A DNA stretch of 32,000 nucleotides from Coprobacillaceae bacterium (GCA_963675915.1 OY780959.1:1530001-1562000); one strand, 5' to 3'; positions 7,106 to 16,637 are shown, counted from the stretch's first letter. Notes: generated by a model from the letters alone, not told the origin. Program-made: numbers and translations.

Positions 7106-8887
7106 GTGATCAAATTGATGGAAGATATGACAAAAGAAGAACTTATCGAAGCGTTCAAACAACGTGAACAGGAACTCTATGCCAAAATCGAATCCGACCG
7201 TATTTCAAAAGAAAAACTTATTAAAGAAAAGAAGAATTTATCTGCCGATAATAAGAAATTGACTTCCGATATTGATAAAATGGCAGCTGAAATCAAAGAA
7301 CGCAAACTTGAACTACAACAGAAAAACGAATACATCAAATTATTGGAAAACGCCCGCTACAGCTCCCAACGCAACAATATTAAGGAATATAACCAAGGTC
7401 CTGATCTGTTTAGTCTAATCGGTGTTGATTTTGATAATGCTACTGAAACCGAAGAATTCGAAACTACGGAAATCAAAGGTTACAAAAGAAAAGTTAGAAT
7501 CCCCAAAGAAAAACATATCAATTATGACCATCTCAAAACCAATATAATTACAGAAGAAACTCCTGATGGTTTCGACGTTTGCGATCTTTGTGGTACAACT
7601 ATGACAATCAAAAAATACGATGAAAGAAAAGAACTTGTCTATACACCCGCCAAAGTTGAATTGAATATTTACCGTACACCGGTATACGAATGTGTTGCTT
7701 GTCAGGAACACAACTTGGAAGGTAAATCATCGTACAAGAAAGTTCCTGGAAGACAACCGGTTATCAAGGGAAGCATTGCATCGCCATCACTGATTGCAAC
7801 TATAATGGACATGAAATATTTAAAGGGTTTGCCACTGGCTGCTCAGGAAAAACGTTTCCTTGAAAATGACATCGTCATCCCTAGACAGAATATGGCCAAC
7901 TGGATGATCAAGGCATCGGTTCATCTTAACCTGTTGTTTGAGTGCATGCACAAAGACTTGTTGTCCATGGAAGTGATCCACTGCGATGAAACCACCACCC
8001 AGGTTCTAAAGGAAGACGGCAAACCAGCGCAAAGCAAATCATATCTTTGGGTTCTACGGAGCAATCAGTATGACGAACCAATTATCTTGTACCGTTATGA
8101 TCCTAGTCGTTCAAAACGGGTTGTTGAAGACTTCATCGGTGATTACTCCCACTATCTGGTAACAGACGCCTATGGTGCTTACGAGTCGCTTGATAATGTC
8201 ACCAACTGTTTTTGCCACGTTCATGCCTTTCGCTATTTCCGGGAAGCCTTGGATGTACTGCCAAAAGGCACCGATAAAAATCAAAGTTACGAATACACTT
8301 GCTATCGCTATTACAAAAAAGTATTCGAAGCAAAAAACAAAATTGAACAGGCTGCTAAGGGAAAATACTCAAAGAACCAGGATAAATATTTCCAATATAT
8401 TCATAAGGGCCGAAATGATGTCGTAAAGCCAATCTACGATAAGTTTTTAGCGTACCTTAAAGAAATAATCCTGTTGCCCGAAGTTAATATGAAACCAACC
8501 TTGCTTAAGGCAATCAAATATCTGATGAACCACGAAAAGGAATTCAGCGAGGTATTTAATAACCCGAAAGTTCCATTCGACAATTCAAGCACGGAACGGG
8601 CTATACGACCGTTTGTCGTATCAAGGAATCGATGTAAATTCTATACAAGCCCCAAAGGAGCGCAAGCCGCAGCGATAATCTATTCGATACTGTTAAGCGC
8701 CCAGGAAAACAAGCTGTCACCGTACATGTACATGGAGTACGTACTGGAAAGGCTGCCGGGAATCGATCCTACTGATGAAGAAGAAATTAGAAAACTACTA
8801 CCCTACAATAAGGAACTGCCAACATACCTGCGTCAATTGACCACGAAGGAGATCAAGGGCCTCAAAAAAGGAATCCCAAGACGGTAA
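7106..8887 (+). CDS. tnpC: IS66-family DDE transposase TnpC
   Basis: 593 aa with a GTG start after AGAGGTGG. Features: N-terminal coiled coil, zinc-finger CDLCG...CVACQ, and DDE-region motifs HCDETT, VTDAYGAY and NSSTERAIRP. Confidence 0.92.
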   Translation: MIKLMEDMTKEELIEAFKQREQELYAKIESDRISKEKLIKEKKNLSADNKKLTSDIDKMAAEIKERKLELQQKNEYIKLLENARYSSQRNNIKEYNQGPDLFSLIGVDFDNATETEEFETTEIKGYKRKVRIPKEKHINYDHLKTNIITEETPDGFDVCDLCGTTMTIKKYDERKELVYTPAKVELNIYRTPVYECVACQEHNLEGKSSYKKVPGRQPVIKGSIASPSLIATIMDMKYLKGLPLAAQEKRFLENDIVIPRQNMANWMIKASVHLNLLFECMHKDLLSMEVIHCDETTTQVLKEDGKPAQSKSYLWVLRSNQYDEPIILYRYDPSRSKRVVEDFIGDYSHYLVTDAYGAYESLDNVTNCFCHVHAFRYFREALDVLPKGTDKNQSYEYTCYRYYKKVFEAKNKIEQAAKGKYSKNQDKYFQYIHKGRNDVVKPIYDKFLAYLKEIILLPEVNMKPTLLKAIKYLMNHEKEFSEVFNNPKVPFDNSSTERAIRPFVVSRNRCKFYTSPKGAQAAAIIYSILLSAQENKLSPYMYMEYVLERLPGIDPTDEEEIRKLLPYNKELPTYLRQLTTKEIKGLKKGIPRR

Positions 8888-8914
8888 CAAACTGTCCCCC
8901 GGATTCCTTTTCAC

Positions 8915-9655
8915 TTACCCTCGAATATTCTCCCACCGCTCAATTTGACGCATACATTCGAAATTCTCCTTCAGATAATGCTTCAGATCCTCCGACTGAT
9001 AAAAATCCAACTCATACATTCTGGAAATATTATAGCTCGATTTTTCATAGATATCCTTGTCTAGGAAACCCGGATGACACATGACCTCCTGGAAATCGGG
9101 ACCGTTTTGAATATGTTTGCTGAGGTAATCAAGATTGACATCTTCATCGTACATCTTGTCAAAACAACAAACCGGTTCGAATTCAGTCAGATCTTCGCTG
9201 GTCTGACGCATGGGAATATCATATTTTTGGGCCAGTTTCAAAGCGACATCAATCAGATTTTTTCGCAAATGAACATGATGATGACTGTCGATATGGCTCG
9301 GCTTGCGACCAGCCAATTCGATAAAAAGACGGATCTGGCTATCCCACTCAAGTTCCAGTTCAGCCAAGTCAACCTGACAGTGGTCGAATTCCCCGCGTAA
9401 CTTTTGGAAATCTCCCGCTTCGTCAACCAGACTCGCCACGTTTTCACACAGAGGACTTCCGGTAGTCAAAACCAGGTGGATTCCTACTCCCAGTGTTGGA
9501 AATGTCTTGGCCAGTTCCAAAGCTCTTTTGACATAGGGCATATTCATCATTGCCGTTGTCGATGTAACTACTCCATTTTCATGAGCCTTGATGATTCCCA
9601 GCGTGACTCCCTCGCTGATTCCAAAATCATCGGCATTAATAATCAGTTTTTTCAT
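8915..9655 (-). CDS. chbG: ChbG/YdjC-family carbohydrate (chitooligosaccharide) deacetylase; 3' end replaced by IS66-derived codons
   Basis: MKKLIINADDFGISEGVTLGII... (NADDFG motif) and the DSHHHVH metal motif. The last 13 codons (CMRQIERWENIRG*) are read from the IS66 right end. Confidence 0.85.
   Translation of the reverse strand: MKKLIINADDFGISEGVTLGIIKAHENGVVTSTTAMMNMPYVKRALELAKTFPTLGVGIHLVLTTGSPLCENVASLVDEAGDFQKLRGEFDHCQVDLAELELEWDSQIRLFIELAGRKPSHIDSHHHVHLRKNLIDVALKLAQKYDIPMRQTSEDLTEFEPVCCFDKMYDEDVNLDYLSKHIQNGPDFQEVMCHPGFLDKDIYEKSSYNISRMYELDFYQSEDLKHYLKENFECMRQIERWENIRG
8933..8955 (-). repeat. IS66 right terminal inverted repeat (IRR)
   Basis: The reverse complement reads GTATGCGTCAAATTGAGCGGTGG. 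Confidence 0.9.
8956..8963. repeat. right copy of the 8-bp target-site duplication ATTCGAAA
   Basis: Identical to 6192-6199. Confidence 0.9.
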
Positions 9656-9790
9656 AATTTCACCTCGCCATCCATTATAGCTTCTTCAAGGATGTAAACG
9701 CAATTTTTTAACAATCTTGAAAAAATGAAATAAAAAATACATGCATTTTTTGATAAAATAAAGTAGAATGTCAACAACAGGAGGTAAATT

Positions 9791-10609
9791 ATGAAAGATT
9801 TATATGAAAAAGTCAGCGAATCAGTCGCATATTTGAAAAATGACTGTCAAGATATCGATTTAGCAATAGTATTGGGATCAGGATTGGGGTCAATCATCGA
9901 TACCATGGAAGACAAAGTTGTCATCCCTTATAGTGAGATTCCCAACTTCCCCACCGTCACTGTAGCCGGACACGGCGGACAGTTGGTGATTGGAACAATC
10001 AACGATAAAAAAGTCCTGGCAATGCAGGGACGGTTCCATTTTTACGAAGGATACTCGATGAAAGAAGTCACTTATCCGATTTTTGTCATGAAACAGTTGA
10101 ACATCAAAAAACTGATTGTGACCAACGCCTGTGGGGGAATCAACGGCGATTTCCAACCTGGTGATTTGATGATCATCAACGACTTCATCAATCTGATGGG
10201 AACCAATCCCCTGATCGGTGTCAACGATGAACGTTTCGGTCCCCGTTTCCCGGATATGAGCGAACCATTCAAAAAAAGCTTTGTCGCCCATGCAAAAACT
10301 TGTGCCGAAAGGCTTGAGATCGCCTACCAGGAAGGGGTCTATGGCGGATTCACCGGTCCCTATTATGAAACAGCGGCGGAAATCCAAGCTTTCAAAACAA
10401 TGGGAGTGGATGCCATTGGGATGTCCACAGTCCCAGAAACGATTGTTGCCAATTATCTTCAAATGGAAGTATTGGGAATTTCGTGCATAACCAATATGGC
10501 TACTGGAATTCAAAAAGTTAAACATTCCCACGAACGGGTTGTTCAAGTTGCCAATGAAGCCAGCAAGAAATTTGCCGTGTGGCTGATTGAAATTATCAAA
10601 ACTATCTAA
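9791..10609 (+). CDS. punA: purine nucleoside phosphorylase (trimeric PNP-I / PunA type)
   Basis: 272 aa with GSGLG, HFYEGY, TNACGG and IGMSTVPE motifs. AGGAGG lies 7 nt upstream. Confidence 0.9.
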   Translation: MKDLYEKVSESVAYLKNDCQDIDLAIVLGSGLGSIIDTMEDKVVIPYSEIPNFPTVTVAGHGGQLVIGTINDKKVLAMQGRFHFYEGYSMKEVTYPIFVMKQLNIKKLIVTNACGGINGDFQPGDLMIINDFINLMGTNPLIGVNDERFGPRFPDMSEPFKKSFVAHAKTCAERLEIAYQEGVYGGFTGPYYETAAEIQAFKTMGVDAIGMSTVPETIVANYLQMEVLGISCITNMATGIQKVKHSHERVVQVANEASKKFAVWLIEIIKTI

Positions 10610-10632
10610 AAAAGGGCCGCGGCCCTTTTTTT
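10608..10632. terminator. bidirectional rho-independent terminator between punA and aroK
   Basis: AAAAAAGGGCCGCGGCCCTTTTTTT. The GC-rich palindrome GGGCCGCGGCCC is flanked by A and T runs. Confidence 0.85.
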
Positions 10633-10636
10633 GATT

Positions 10637-11134
10637 TTACTGTTTTTGCTTGAAAATTCCGGCAATATCCATGACAACAGTGTCAATACACTGCTCGTTG
10701 ACAACCCGGTAATGGGCTGCTTTTAGATATAGCGGTCGGCGTTTCTTGTCAAGTTCGATAATCTTATCCGGACCATCCTTGAGCAATGGTCTTGAAAGGC
10801 AATCCACATCTTTGACAATATCCGCAATCGGGCGATCGATGTAAATGACAGTCCCGAATTTGCGGAGCAATTCGATATTTATTTCCCTGGTAATAACCCC
10901 ACCACCACAAGAAACCACGGTGTCGGAAAATTTCTCGATATCGCGGACGCATTCCGTCTCGCGTTCACGGAAATAATCCTCGGAGATGGCAAACATTTCC
11001 GGTATCGTCATCTGATACTTTTCTTCAAGATACTTGTCCATATCGACAAAGTTCATTTGAAGATAATCAGCGAGCGACTGTCCCACGACGGTTTTGCCAC
11101 AACCCATCATCCCGATTAAAATAATATTGTTCAT
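10637..11134 (-). CDS. aroK: shikimate kinase
   Basis: 165 aa with Walker A GMMGCGKTVVG, plus FRERET and SCGGGV motifs. Confidence 0.9.
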   Translation of the reverse strand: MNNIILIGMMGCGKTVVGQSLADYLQMNFVDMDKYLEEKYQMTIPEMFAISEDYFRERETECVRDIEKFSDTVVSCGGGVITREINIELLRKFGTVIYIDRPIADIVKDVDCLSRPLLKDGPDKIIELDKKRRPLYLKAAHYRVVNEQCIDTVVMDIAGIFKQKQ

Positions 11135-11136
11135 AA

Positions 11137-12246
11137 TTAATAGTTTCCTATCACATTGAATTTTACCGCCAGGGAACGCAGCATTATGATCGCATCCTGA
11201 ACATTGGTATCATTCAGATTTCCTTCGAAATCGATATAGAAATAATACTGCCAGTCCTTATCCGCAATCGGACGGGATTCCAGACGGGTAAGATTGATAT
11301 GATGGTCCTTGATGGTTTTAAGAACCTTGAACAGCGACCCGACTTCATGAGGCAGCGTGAAAATAATGCTGATATTGTGCGCATCTTCATGAATCTCAAG
11401 TTCTTTTCCAACCACGATAAAACGGGTTGTATTGCTGGTGGAATTTTGAATATCCGGACTGATGATGTCCAAGCCGTAAATTTCAGCGGCTTTCACCGAA
11501 GCGATTGCTGCTTTGGTCGGATCATTCAATTCGCTGACATATTTGGCACTGGCGGCAGTATTCGAGAAACTGGTCGCCTTGATTGCCGGATGACTTTCAA
11601 GAAAATCGCTGGTTTGCAGCAAACCTTGAGAATGTGAGAAAACCTCTTTGATATCTTCAAGCTTGCTGCCTTTAATACCAAGCAGGTTCTGGGAGATTTT
11701 CAGTTCATATTCCCCGACAATATAGAATTCATAATCTCTTACCAAATCGTAATTGTCGTTGATAGCTCCAGTCGAAGAATTCTCCAGAGGTAAAATCCCA
11801 TAATCGATTTCACCGGCATCGATTGCTTTGAAAACTTCGTTGAACTTGTTGTAATTGCGGGTTTCGACATCGCCAAAATATCCTTCAAGAGCCATTGAAG
11901 AAAACGATCCGGGAACCCCCTGATATCCGACTACCGGATTTTCGATAGCCTGTCTTACTTTGTATTTTTCTTTTGCGGGGATGAATGTCGCCTGATAAGA
12001 TTTGGAAATGTTCATCATATCATTGAAGAAGTTATCAAGATATCCGGCCAGTTTGGGATGCTCAAGACGATCAATGTTTTTCTTGATGACCTCTTTTTCG
12101 CGATCCGACTGGAAGATTTCAAGATCGTTCTCCAATTTGTATTTGACAACATCTTCCACCAGTAACATTCTGCGCTCAAATAATCTGACGATCTGAGCAT
12201 CTATCTCATCAATTTCTTTTCTAGTATCTGATAAATCCTTAATCAT
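11137..12246 (-). CDS. pheA: bifunctional chorismate mutase / prephenate dehydratase (P-protein)
   Basis: The start is refined to the ATG at 12246 (ATGATTAA overlap with the aroC stop). It has an N-terminal CM_2 domain (RKEIDEIDAQIVRLFERRMLL), then a PDT domain (GYQGVPGSFS...TRF) and a C-terminal ACT domain. Confidence 0.9.
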   Translation of the reverse strand: MIKDLSDTRKEIDEIDAQIVRLFERRMLLVEDVVKYKLENDLEIFQSDREKEVIKKNIDRLEHPKLAGYLDNFFNDMMNISKSYQATFIPAKEKYKVRQAIENPVVGYQGVPGSFSSMALEGYFGDVETRNYNKFNEVFKAIDAGEIDYGILPLENSSTGAINDNYDLVRDYEFYIVGEYELKISQNLLGIKGSKLEDIKEVFSHSQGLLQTSDFLESHPAIKATSFSNTAASAKYVSELNDPTKAAIASVKAAEIYGLDIISPDIQNSTSNTTRFIVVGKELEIHEDAHNISIIFTLPHEVGSLFKVLKTIKDHHINLTRLESRPIADKDWQYYFYIDFEGNLNDTNVQDAIIMLRSLAVKFNVIGNY

Positions 12247-13312
12247 GAAGCAAATCCAGGGTTGCAATCGCGCTCATTGCCTCAACAACGACGGATGCTC
12301 TTAGAACCACACAAGGATCATGTCTTCCGACAATTTCCAAAGTGGTATTTTCATGACTTGTGATATCGATAGTGTTTTGTTTTAAAGAAATTGATGAAGT
12401 AGGTTTCAGTCCTACATTGAAGATGACCGGCATTCCGTTGGTGATTCCCCCAAGAATCCCCCCGTTGTTATTTGATGTGGTTTTCACATTTCCGGCATCA
12501 TCGTAATAATATTCGTCATTGGCCTGAGAACCCATCAAAGTTGTGATTTCCTCATTACCAAAGACAATTGATTTAACAGCCGGAACCGAGAACATCAAAG
12601 ATGAAATCTTGGATTCGACACTGTCAAAGAAAGGATCTCCTTTACCAGCCGGCAGCCCTAAAATGGCACATTCGATTTTTCCACCGACTGAGTTTTGATT
12701 GCGGCGGGCCTGATCGATGGTATCCGCCATTTTTTCAAAGACATCCTTGGCAATGACCGGATACTGCATGTTTTGCAGTTGATCAACCAATTCATCAGAA
12801 ATTTCCAAACCGAATTTTTCATCCTTGATATCCTTGATTTCCATGATATGGGAAACGATTTCGACTCCCTTTTGTTTCAAAGCCAGTTTGCACAATGCTC
12901 CGGCGAACACGATCGGTGCCGTAATTCTTCCTGAGAAGTGTCCCCCACCACGGACATCATTGAAGCCTTGGTAACGAATGCTGGCAGGATAATCACTGTG
13001 CGATGGTCGCATCTTTTCTTTCAGGATTGAATAATCCTTTGAATGTTGGTCCTTATTGCGGATCATTCCACAAATCGGAGCTCCGGTTGTTTTACCTTCA
13101 AAAACTCCGGATACGATTTCGACCTGATCAGGTTCCTTGCGGCTGGTCGACATCAGATTCTGACCAGGCGCTCTTCTTTTCATCTGGTTGTTGATGAATT
13201 CTTCATCAATTTCCACTCCAGATGGAAAATTTCCGATTACAACCCCGATAGCAATCCCATGAGATTCTCCGAAGATGGTAACTTCCAAATTATTCTTCCA
13301 CGTTGCGGGCAT
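12239..13312 (-). CDS. aroC: chorismate synthase
   Basis: 357 aa with FGESHG, GRHDPCV and RAPGQ-type motifs. Confidence 0.95.
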   Translation of the reverse strand: MPATWKNNLEVTIFGESHGIAIGVVIGNFPSGVEIDEEFINNQMKRRAPGQNLMSTSRKEPDQVEIVSGVFEGKTTGAPICGMIRNKDQHSKDYSILKEKMRPSHSDYPASIRYQGFNDVRGGGHFSGRITAPIVFAGALCKLALKQKGVEIVSHIMEIKDIKDEKFGLEISDELVDQLQNMQYPVIAKDVFEKMADTIDQARRNQNSVGGKIECAILGLPAGKGDPFFDSVESKISSLMFSVPAVKSIVFGNEEITTLMGSQANDEYYYDDAGNVKTTSNNNGGILGGITNGMPVIFNVGLKPTSSISLKQNTIDITSHENTTLEIVGRHDPCVVLRASVVVEAMSAIATLDLLHD

Positions 13313-14576
13313 TGATAATTCCTCCTAACATCGTATAGTCTTCCCAGAAAGTCGGGTAAGATTTGGCAACACATTCCTTGTTGTCAACTGTAACTTCACC
13401 AGTCGCCACAGTCGCTGCAATTGCAATCGACATCGCCAGACGGTGATCATCGTATGTACGGCAGTTTCCAGCATGATAGCTGTCAACTCCGATAATTTCC
13501 ATTGAATCTTCGGTGCTGGTGATTTTACCACCCAAAGTATTGACCAGATCAACAGTTGCATCGATACGGTCGCATTCCTTGATGCGCAGTCTTTTGGCAT
13601 TGATGACATTGCTGGTTCCATCAGCCAATCCCAAAGCCACCGATAATACCGGAATGACATCCGGACATTGCGATGCGTCAACCTCAATTGCCTTGAGTTT
13701 ATCAACCGTAAGTCTGATTCCTTCATCAAGAACTTCCAGTTCACATCCCATTTGCAGCAAGTATTCCAGAACCGCTTTGTCTCCTTGAGCTGATTCAAGA
13801 TTAAGATCTTTGATTACCAGATCACTTCCCAGCGCACTGGCCACCAAGTAGAATGCAGCTTGGGAAAAATCGGCCTCAACTCTTTTGTCGCATGGTTGAT
13901 ATTCCTGATTACCTTTGATGACGAACCTTTGGTAATCCTGGTTTTCAACTTCAATTCCAAAAGCATTAAGCATATCCAGAGTCAAATCGATATAACCTTT
14001 TGACTCCAACAGCCCTTTGACTTCGATAACCGAATCGCCGTCAAGTAGCGGCAAGGCAAACATCAGTCCCGAGATGAACTGAGACGAAATATCGCCGGGA
14101 ATTTCATAAGTGTCCGGTTTCAGCTGACCGATGGCGTACATGTCCAACACGTCTTGTTTGTACATGTATTCAATTCCTTGGCGGTCGAATATTTCGTAAT
14201 ATGTATTCAATGGTCTTTGGCCCAAACGCCCTTGACCGATGAAATGGTTGGTCGAGTGCTTGACCAGGGCAATCGGAACCATGAATCTTAAGGTAGATCC
14301 CGATTCGTTGCAGTCCATTTCACATTTATCGATGGTAAAAGTTCCCTTTCCATCAACAATCACGTAATCATCATATTCCTCAACGATTGTCCCCATGGCT
14401 TTCAGGCATGAAATTGTCGCTTTGATATCATCTGAAAATTCAATGTTGTCGATTTTGCTTTTTCCCTTTGCCAATGCGGCACAGATTATTGCCCGGTGGG
14501 ACAGGGATTTTGATGGCGGTAAAACAATATCACCTTTCAATTTATTGGGAGTTATTGTAAGTTCACTCATTAACAT
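13290..14576 (-). CDS. aroA: 3-phosphoshikimate 1-carboxyvinyltransferase (EPSP synthase)
   Basis: 428 aa with LPPSKSLSHRAIICAALA, RIKECDR and DDHRLAM motifs. Confidence 0.95.
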   Translation of the reverse strand: MLMSELTITPNKLKGDIVLPPSKSLSHRAIICAALAKGKSKIDNIEFSDDIKATISCLKAMGTIVEEYDDYVIVDGKGTFTIDKCEMDCNESGSTLRFMVPIALVKHSTNHFIGQGRLGQRPLNTYYEIFDRQGIEYMYKQDVLDMYAIGQLKPDTYEIPGDISSQFISGLMFALPLLDGDSVIEVKGLLESKGYIDLTLDMLNAFGIEVENQDYQRFVIKGNQEYQPCDKRVEADFSQAAFYLVASALGSDLVIKDLNLESAQGDKAVLEYLLQMGCELEVLDEGIRLTVDKLKAIEVDASQCPDVIPVLSVALGLADGTSNVINAKRLRIKECDRIDATVDLVNTLGGKITSTEDSMEIIGVDSYHAGNCRTYDDHRLAMSIAIAATVATGEVTVDNKECVAKSYPTFWEDYTMLGGIINARNVEE

Positions 14577-15628
14577 GTCTCACTTTCTAAAAAATAGTCC
14601 GCAGTAGTCTTGTAGACATAACTTGTTCCGATTTCTTTCATCAGGACGATTTTAAGCCCGTTGTCGAGATTCTTTTTGTCGAATTTCATGAACGGAGCTA
14701 CAATTTTAGTCAATAGCCCTGATTGATATGGCAGTCCGTAAGCCATCAGTACGTTTTTGATTCTTTCATCGCTGCCCGGAGCGGTTTGTCCGTTCGCCTG
14801 GGCGATTTTAGTAATCTGATACATTCCGATTGCCACAGCCTGACCATGGCTGTATGTTTCATAATTGTAATAGGCTTCAATAGCATGAGCCAGCGTATGT
14901 CCGAAGTTGAGCAAGATTCTTTCACCGAAATCAAACTGATCACCTTCGACTACCACACGTTTAATATTAACACAAGTAGCAATGACTTCCGTAATATTTT
15001 TCTTCAAAGTCGCGAAATTTCCAGCTTTTTCAATCGTTTCAAACAGGTTGGCATCCTTGATGCAGCCATACTTGATAACTTCCGCCATTCCATCTTTAAT
15101 AAAGTGATCAGACAGCGTATCCAAAGTATTCGGGTCAATCAAAACTAATGATGGTTGATAGAAAGCTCCGACCAGATTTTTCCCTTTGGGAAGATCGACT
15201 GCTACTTTCCCTCCGACCGAAGAATCGACCTGAGCCAGCAGTGAAGTTGGAATCTGAATGAATTTGACCCCGCGCAGATAAGTCGCAGCGACAAAACCGG
15301 TCAGATCCCCGATTACTCCTCCACCCAAGGCAATCACCAAGTCAGTTCTGGTTATCCCGATTTCCAACAGATAGTTGTAGATATCTAACAGATTGTCATA
15401 ACCTTTGGTTTTTTCACCATGTGGCAATACCAGGTGACTGACTTCATATTCATCTTTAAGCTGATTGATTAATTTATCACCATAAATCGGGAAGACATTG
15501 TCATCAGAGATAATCATGACTTTACACCCTTGGCGTACCTGTTTGATTTTATCCAGGCAATCATCTAATATTCCTTTTTCAATATAAATTGGATAACTGT
15601 CTTTACCCAGATCAACCATCATTTCCAT
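14570..15628 (-). CDS. aroB: 3-dehydroquinate synthase
   Basis: GGGVIGDLTGFVAATYLRG and HTLAHAIE motifs. The ORF-track start at 15649 is a TTG inside aroF. The ATG at 15628 lies 7 nt after GGGG and is preferred. Confidence 0.9.
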   Translation of the reverse strand: MEMMVDLGKDSYPIYIEKGILDDCLDKIKQVRQGCKVMIISDDNVFPIYGDKLINQLKDEYEVSHLVLPHGEKTKGYDNLLDIYNYLLEIGITRTDLVIALGGGVIGDLTGFVAATYLRGVKFIQIPTSLLAQVDSSVGGKVAVDLPKGKNLVGAFYQPSLVLIDPNTLDTLSDHFIKDGMAEVIKYGCIKDANLFETIEKAGNFATLKKNITEVIATCVNIKRVVVEGDQFDFGERILLNFGHTLAHAIEAYYNYETYSHGQAVAIGMYQITKIAQANGQTAPGSDERIKNVLMAYGLPYQSGLLTKIVAPFMKFDKKNLDNGLKIVLMKEIGTSYVYKTTADYFLESETC

Positions 15629-15632
15629 TTGT

Positions 15633-16637
15633 TTACCCCAATTCTTCAATAATTTTGATTTTTTTCATTAAGCTTGCATATTTTTCCGGTTTCAATGATT
15701 GTGCCCCATCGCAAAGTGCGCAAGCAGGGTCATTGTGGACTTCGATCATCAATCCGTCAGCTCCGGCAACCATAGCTGCTTTGGCCATTGGTTCAACCAA
15801 CCAGTATTTTCCTCCGGCATGTGATGGGTCGATGACGATTGGAAGGTGAGTCATTCGTTTCATTACTGTGATTGCCTGAAGATCCAAAGTGTTTCTGGTA
15901 TAAGTTTCGAAAGTACGGATTCCTCTTTCACAAAGGATGACATTTTCATTCCCGCTGGCCATGATGTATTCAGCTGACATGATCCATTCTTGATAAGTAG
16001 CTGACAGACCTCTTTTTAGCAGGATTGGTTTGGTTGTTCTTTTCCCGATTTCTTTTAACAAAGTGAAGTTTTGCATGTTGCGGGCTCCGATTTGGATCAA
16101 ATCAACTTTTTCTTCGAATTCTTCGATATGGTCGACATCCATCAATTCAGATACGATAGGCAGTCCAGTGACTTCACGGGCTTTCATCAGGATATCCAAA
16201 CCTTCCGATCCCATTCCTTGGAATGCGTATGGGCTGGTACGTGGTTTGAACGCCCCACCACGAAGCATGTTTGCTCCGGCAGCTTTGGCCGCTTTGGCGA
16301 TTTCAATAACTTGTTCTTCACTTTCAACCGAACAAGGTCCGGCAATGTAAGCATAGTTTCCGCCACCAACTTTGACACCTGAAACATCGATGATGCTATC
16401 TTCTGGATGGAAATGACGGCTGGCCAGTTTGTACGGCTCAGATACATACATTACTTTTTCAACCGTTGGATCAACTTCAATTGTAGCTGGATCGATTTTA
16501 GTTGTATCTCCGATCAACCCGATAATTGTCTGTCCTTCTCCGACAACGACTGAAGTTCTCATTCCGATTTCTTCAACGTGGTCTTTCATTTTTTTAACAT
16601 CATCTTGTGTTGCACTGCTTTTCATTACAATAATCAT
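15633..16637 (-). CDS. aroF: 3-deoxy-7-phosphoheptulonate (DAHP) synthase, type I-beta, with an N-terminal ferredoxin/ACT-like regulatory domain
   Basis: 334 aa. The catalytic core has AGPCSVES, GAFKPRTSPY and DPSH motifs. About 70 extra N-terminal residues (MIIVMKSSATQDDVKKMKDHVEEIG...) resemble Thermotoga-type DAHPS. Confidence 0.9.
   Translation of the reverse strand: MIIVMKSSATQDDVKKMKDHVEEIGMRTSVVVGEGQTIIGLIGDTTKIDPATIEVDPTVEKVMYVSEPYKLASRHFHPEDSIIDVSGVKVGGGNYAYIAGPCSVESEEQVIEIAKAAKAAGANMLRGGAFKPRTSPYAFQGMGSEGLDILMKAREVTGLPIVSELMDVDHIEEFEEKVDLIQIGARNMQNFTLLKEIGKRTTKPILLKRGLSATYQEWIMSAEYIMASGNENVILCERGIRTFETYTRNTLDLQAITVMKRMTHLPIVIDPSHAGGKYWLVEPMAKAAMVAGADGLMIEVHNDPACALCDGAQSLKPEKYASLMKKIKIIEELG

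Larger units (their letters stand above)
6200..8955 (+). mobile_element. IS66-family insertion sequence, 2756 bp, apparently intact
   Basis: It has the tnpA-tnpB-tnpC ORF organisation. Terminal IRs are GTATGCGTCAAATAGAGCGGTGG (6200-6222) and the reverse complement of 8933-8955, GTATGCGTCAAATTGAGCGGTGG (22/23 identical). The GTA-GCG terminus resembles the canonical IS66 GTAAGCG end. A perfect 8-bp TSD is typical of the family. Confidence 0.92.

Noticed and set aside
9656-9790. cre-like TGTAAACGCAATTT and possible PurR-type control in the chbG/punA divergent region
   Set aside because: It has three mismatches to the cre consensus, including both outer arms, and no PurBox-like AWWWCCGAACWWT motif.
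9890-10546. 218-aa antisense ORF inside punA, and similar long shadow ORFs (337-738+, 2472-3071+, 2830-3369+, 13325-13798-, 14723-15148+, 19759-20193+, 20897-21424+, 28350-28715+)
   Set aside because: All lie opposite or out of frame within genes that have unmistakable family motifs. They lack RBSs and have skewed, low-complexity compositions typical of shadow frames.
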